Assembly (NCBI GenBank): GCA_977017575.1
Contig: CDRNVI010000026.1
Coordinates: 372,001-436,000, forward strand
Length of the DNA: 64,000 bases
Direction of reading: 5' to 3'
Origin: Paramoeba atlantica
Taxonomy: Eukaryota; Protista; Discosea
Shown here: positions 63,298 through 64,000 of the stretch, piece by piece
How the letters are laid out: each line of letters opens with the position of its first letter
Position numbering within the stretch: position 1 is the stretch's first letter
Made by a program: the position numbers and the translations under genes
Notes under the pieces: generated by a model
What the model was told of the DNA's origin: nothing
The model's input: only the letters and a program-made list of their open reading frames with translations
The model's database searches: none

Positions 63298-63542
63298 TTA
63301 GGTCGAAAAACGGTGGTATACCAAATATTTCCAAAATCGGACAAAATACAAGACCTGTAGGGGGGGGGGGGTAAAAGACGCTGAACACCACTGTACAAGT
63401 ATGTATACTGCTATGTACATGTGTATTTCTCATTAACATAAGATTTACAATTTATTTCACAGGTTTCCATTTTTTTCTGCTTATCTCGCTCCTCCCGACA
63501 TAATTTCAACTGCTACTTCTCATTTACCCCCCTCTCATCCCC

Positions 63543-64000
63543 ATGTCTTCCAGCCACCTCCACCACCACACCCCCCACACCACCCAAAACCAAGGCAACG
63601 CCCTAGGCACACGCTCCAGCATACGTCTCTGTACACACGGCAAATCCCAAGGCCATGGAGGTGCAATGAAAGATCTTCTCGGTCTCTCCTCCTCCGGTTC
63701 TGTCTCAAAACCACCTACCCCCTTCTCTCATACACCCTCTTCTAACGTTCAGAACGTATCAAACAGCAGCAAAGAAGAAGCTCTACCCGCGAAAAATACA
63801 GATATTGAAAACATAAACACAATCTCTTCTTCTTCTTCTCATCCGAACGTGTTGAATACCACAACAACTCGTAGCACGACGCGGTCTCAATCTCACCTTC
63901 ACCTCTCGTGCCCCAGTTCCACACAGAACCAGGGGAACGTGCTAGGGGAGCGTCCCTGTGTGAGACGCAATGTGATTGGCACCCGCCATGGTGGGGGGAA
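63543..64000 (+). CDS. 5' part of an unidentified CDS running off the window
   Basis: ATG after a pyrimidine-rich tract; about 152 codons open to the window end (MSSSHLHHHTPHTTQNQGNALG...). Confidence 0.5.
   Translation, partial: MSSSHLHHHTPHTTQNQGNALGTRSSIRLCTHGKSQGHGGAMKDLLGLSSSGSVSKPPTPFSHTPSSNVQNVSNSSKEEALPAKNTDIENINTISSSSSHPNVLNTTTTRSTTRSQSHLHLSCPSSTQNQGNVLGERPCVRRNVIGTRHGGG

Larger units (their letters stand above)
1077..64000 (+). other. Single-strand, intron-less gene cluster (kinetoplastid-type polycistronic unit)
   Basis: Every recognisable host gene is on +. UPF1, dynamin, RPS23 and SAR1 have no introns. Polypyrimidine tract plus AG precedes ATGs (for example ttttcctttctcatacAG at about 21930-21948). 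Confidence 0.8.

Overview
Intron-less eukaryotic DNA. About 30 protein genes all lie on the + strand, many preceded by a polypyrimidine tract and AG. This layout, a spliced-leader-like core (ACAGTTTCTGTAC..TTG|GT) and an MRP-type mitochondrial RNA-binding protein indicate a kinetoplastid polycistronic unit; a Perkinsela-like organism is my inference, not tested. Housekeeping genes (DPH2, citrate synthase, RPS23, MBF1, UMP/CMP kinase, dynamin-related protein, SEY1, NAD synthetase, UPF1, MIP, CYTH, SAR1, PTH2, DEAH helicase) alternate with 9 LRR-family paralogues and many mobile-element relics (IS30-like, Tc1/IS630-like, tyrosine recombinase, SINE-like, MITE-like). The main observation is a 2.73-kb element at 9847-12576. 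On the minus strand it starts with a complete twister ribozyme fold, then has about six 119-bp repeats built from UUCG-tetraloop hairpins. These are followed by an internal region complementary to the joined right+left ends (DIRS-type ICR, shared TG core) and an internally deleted RT/RNase H frame of TATE/DIRS type. It looks like a ribozyme-headed tyrosine-recombinase retroelement. All protein calls come from motif recognition by eye; no database searches were run.
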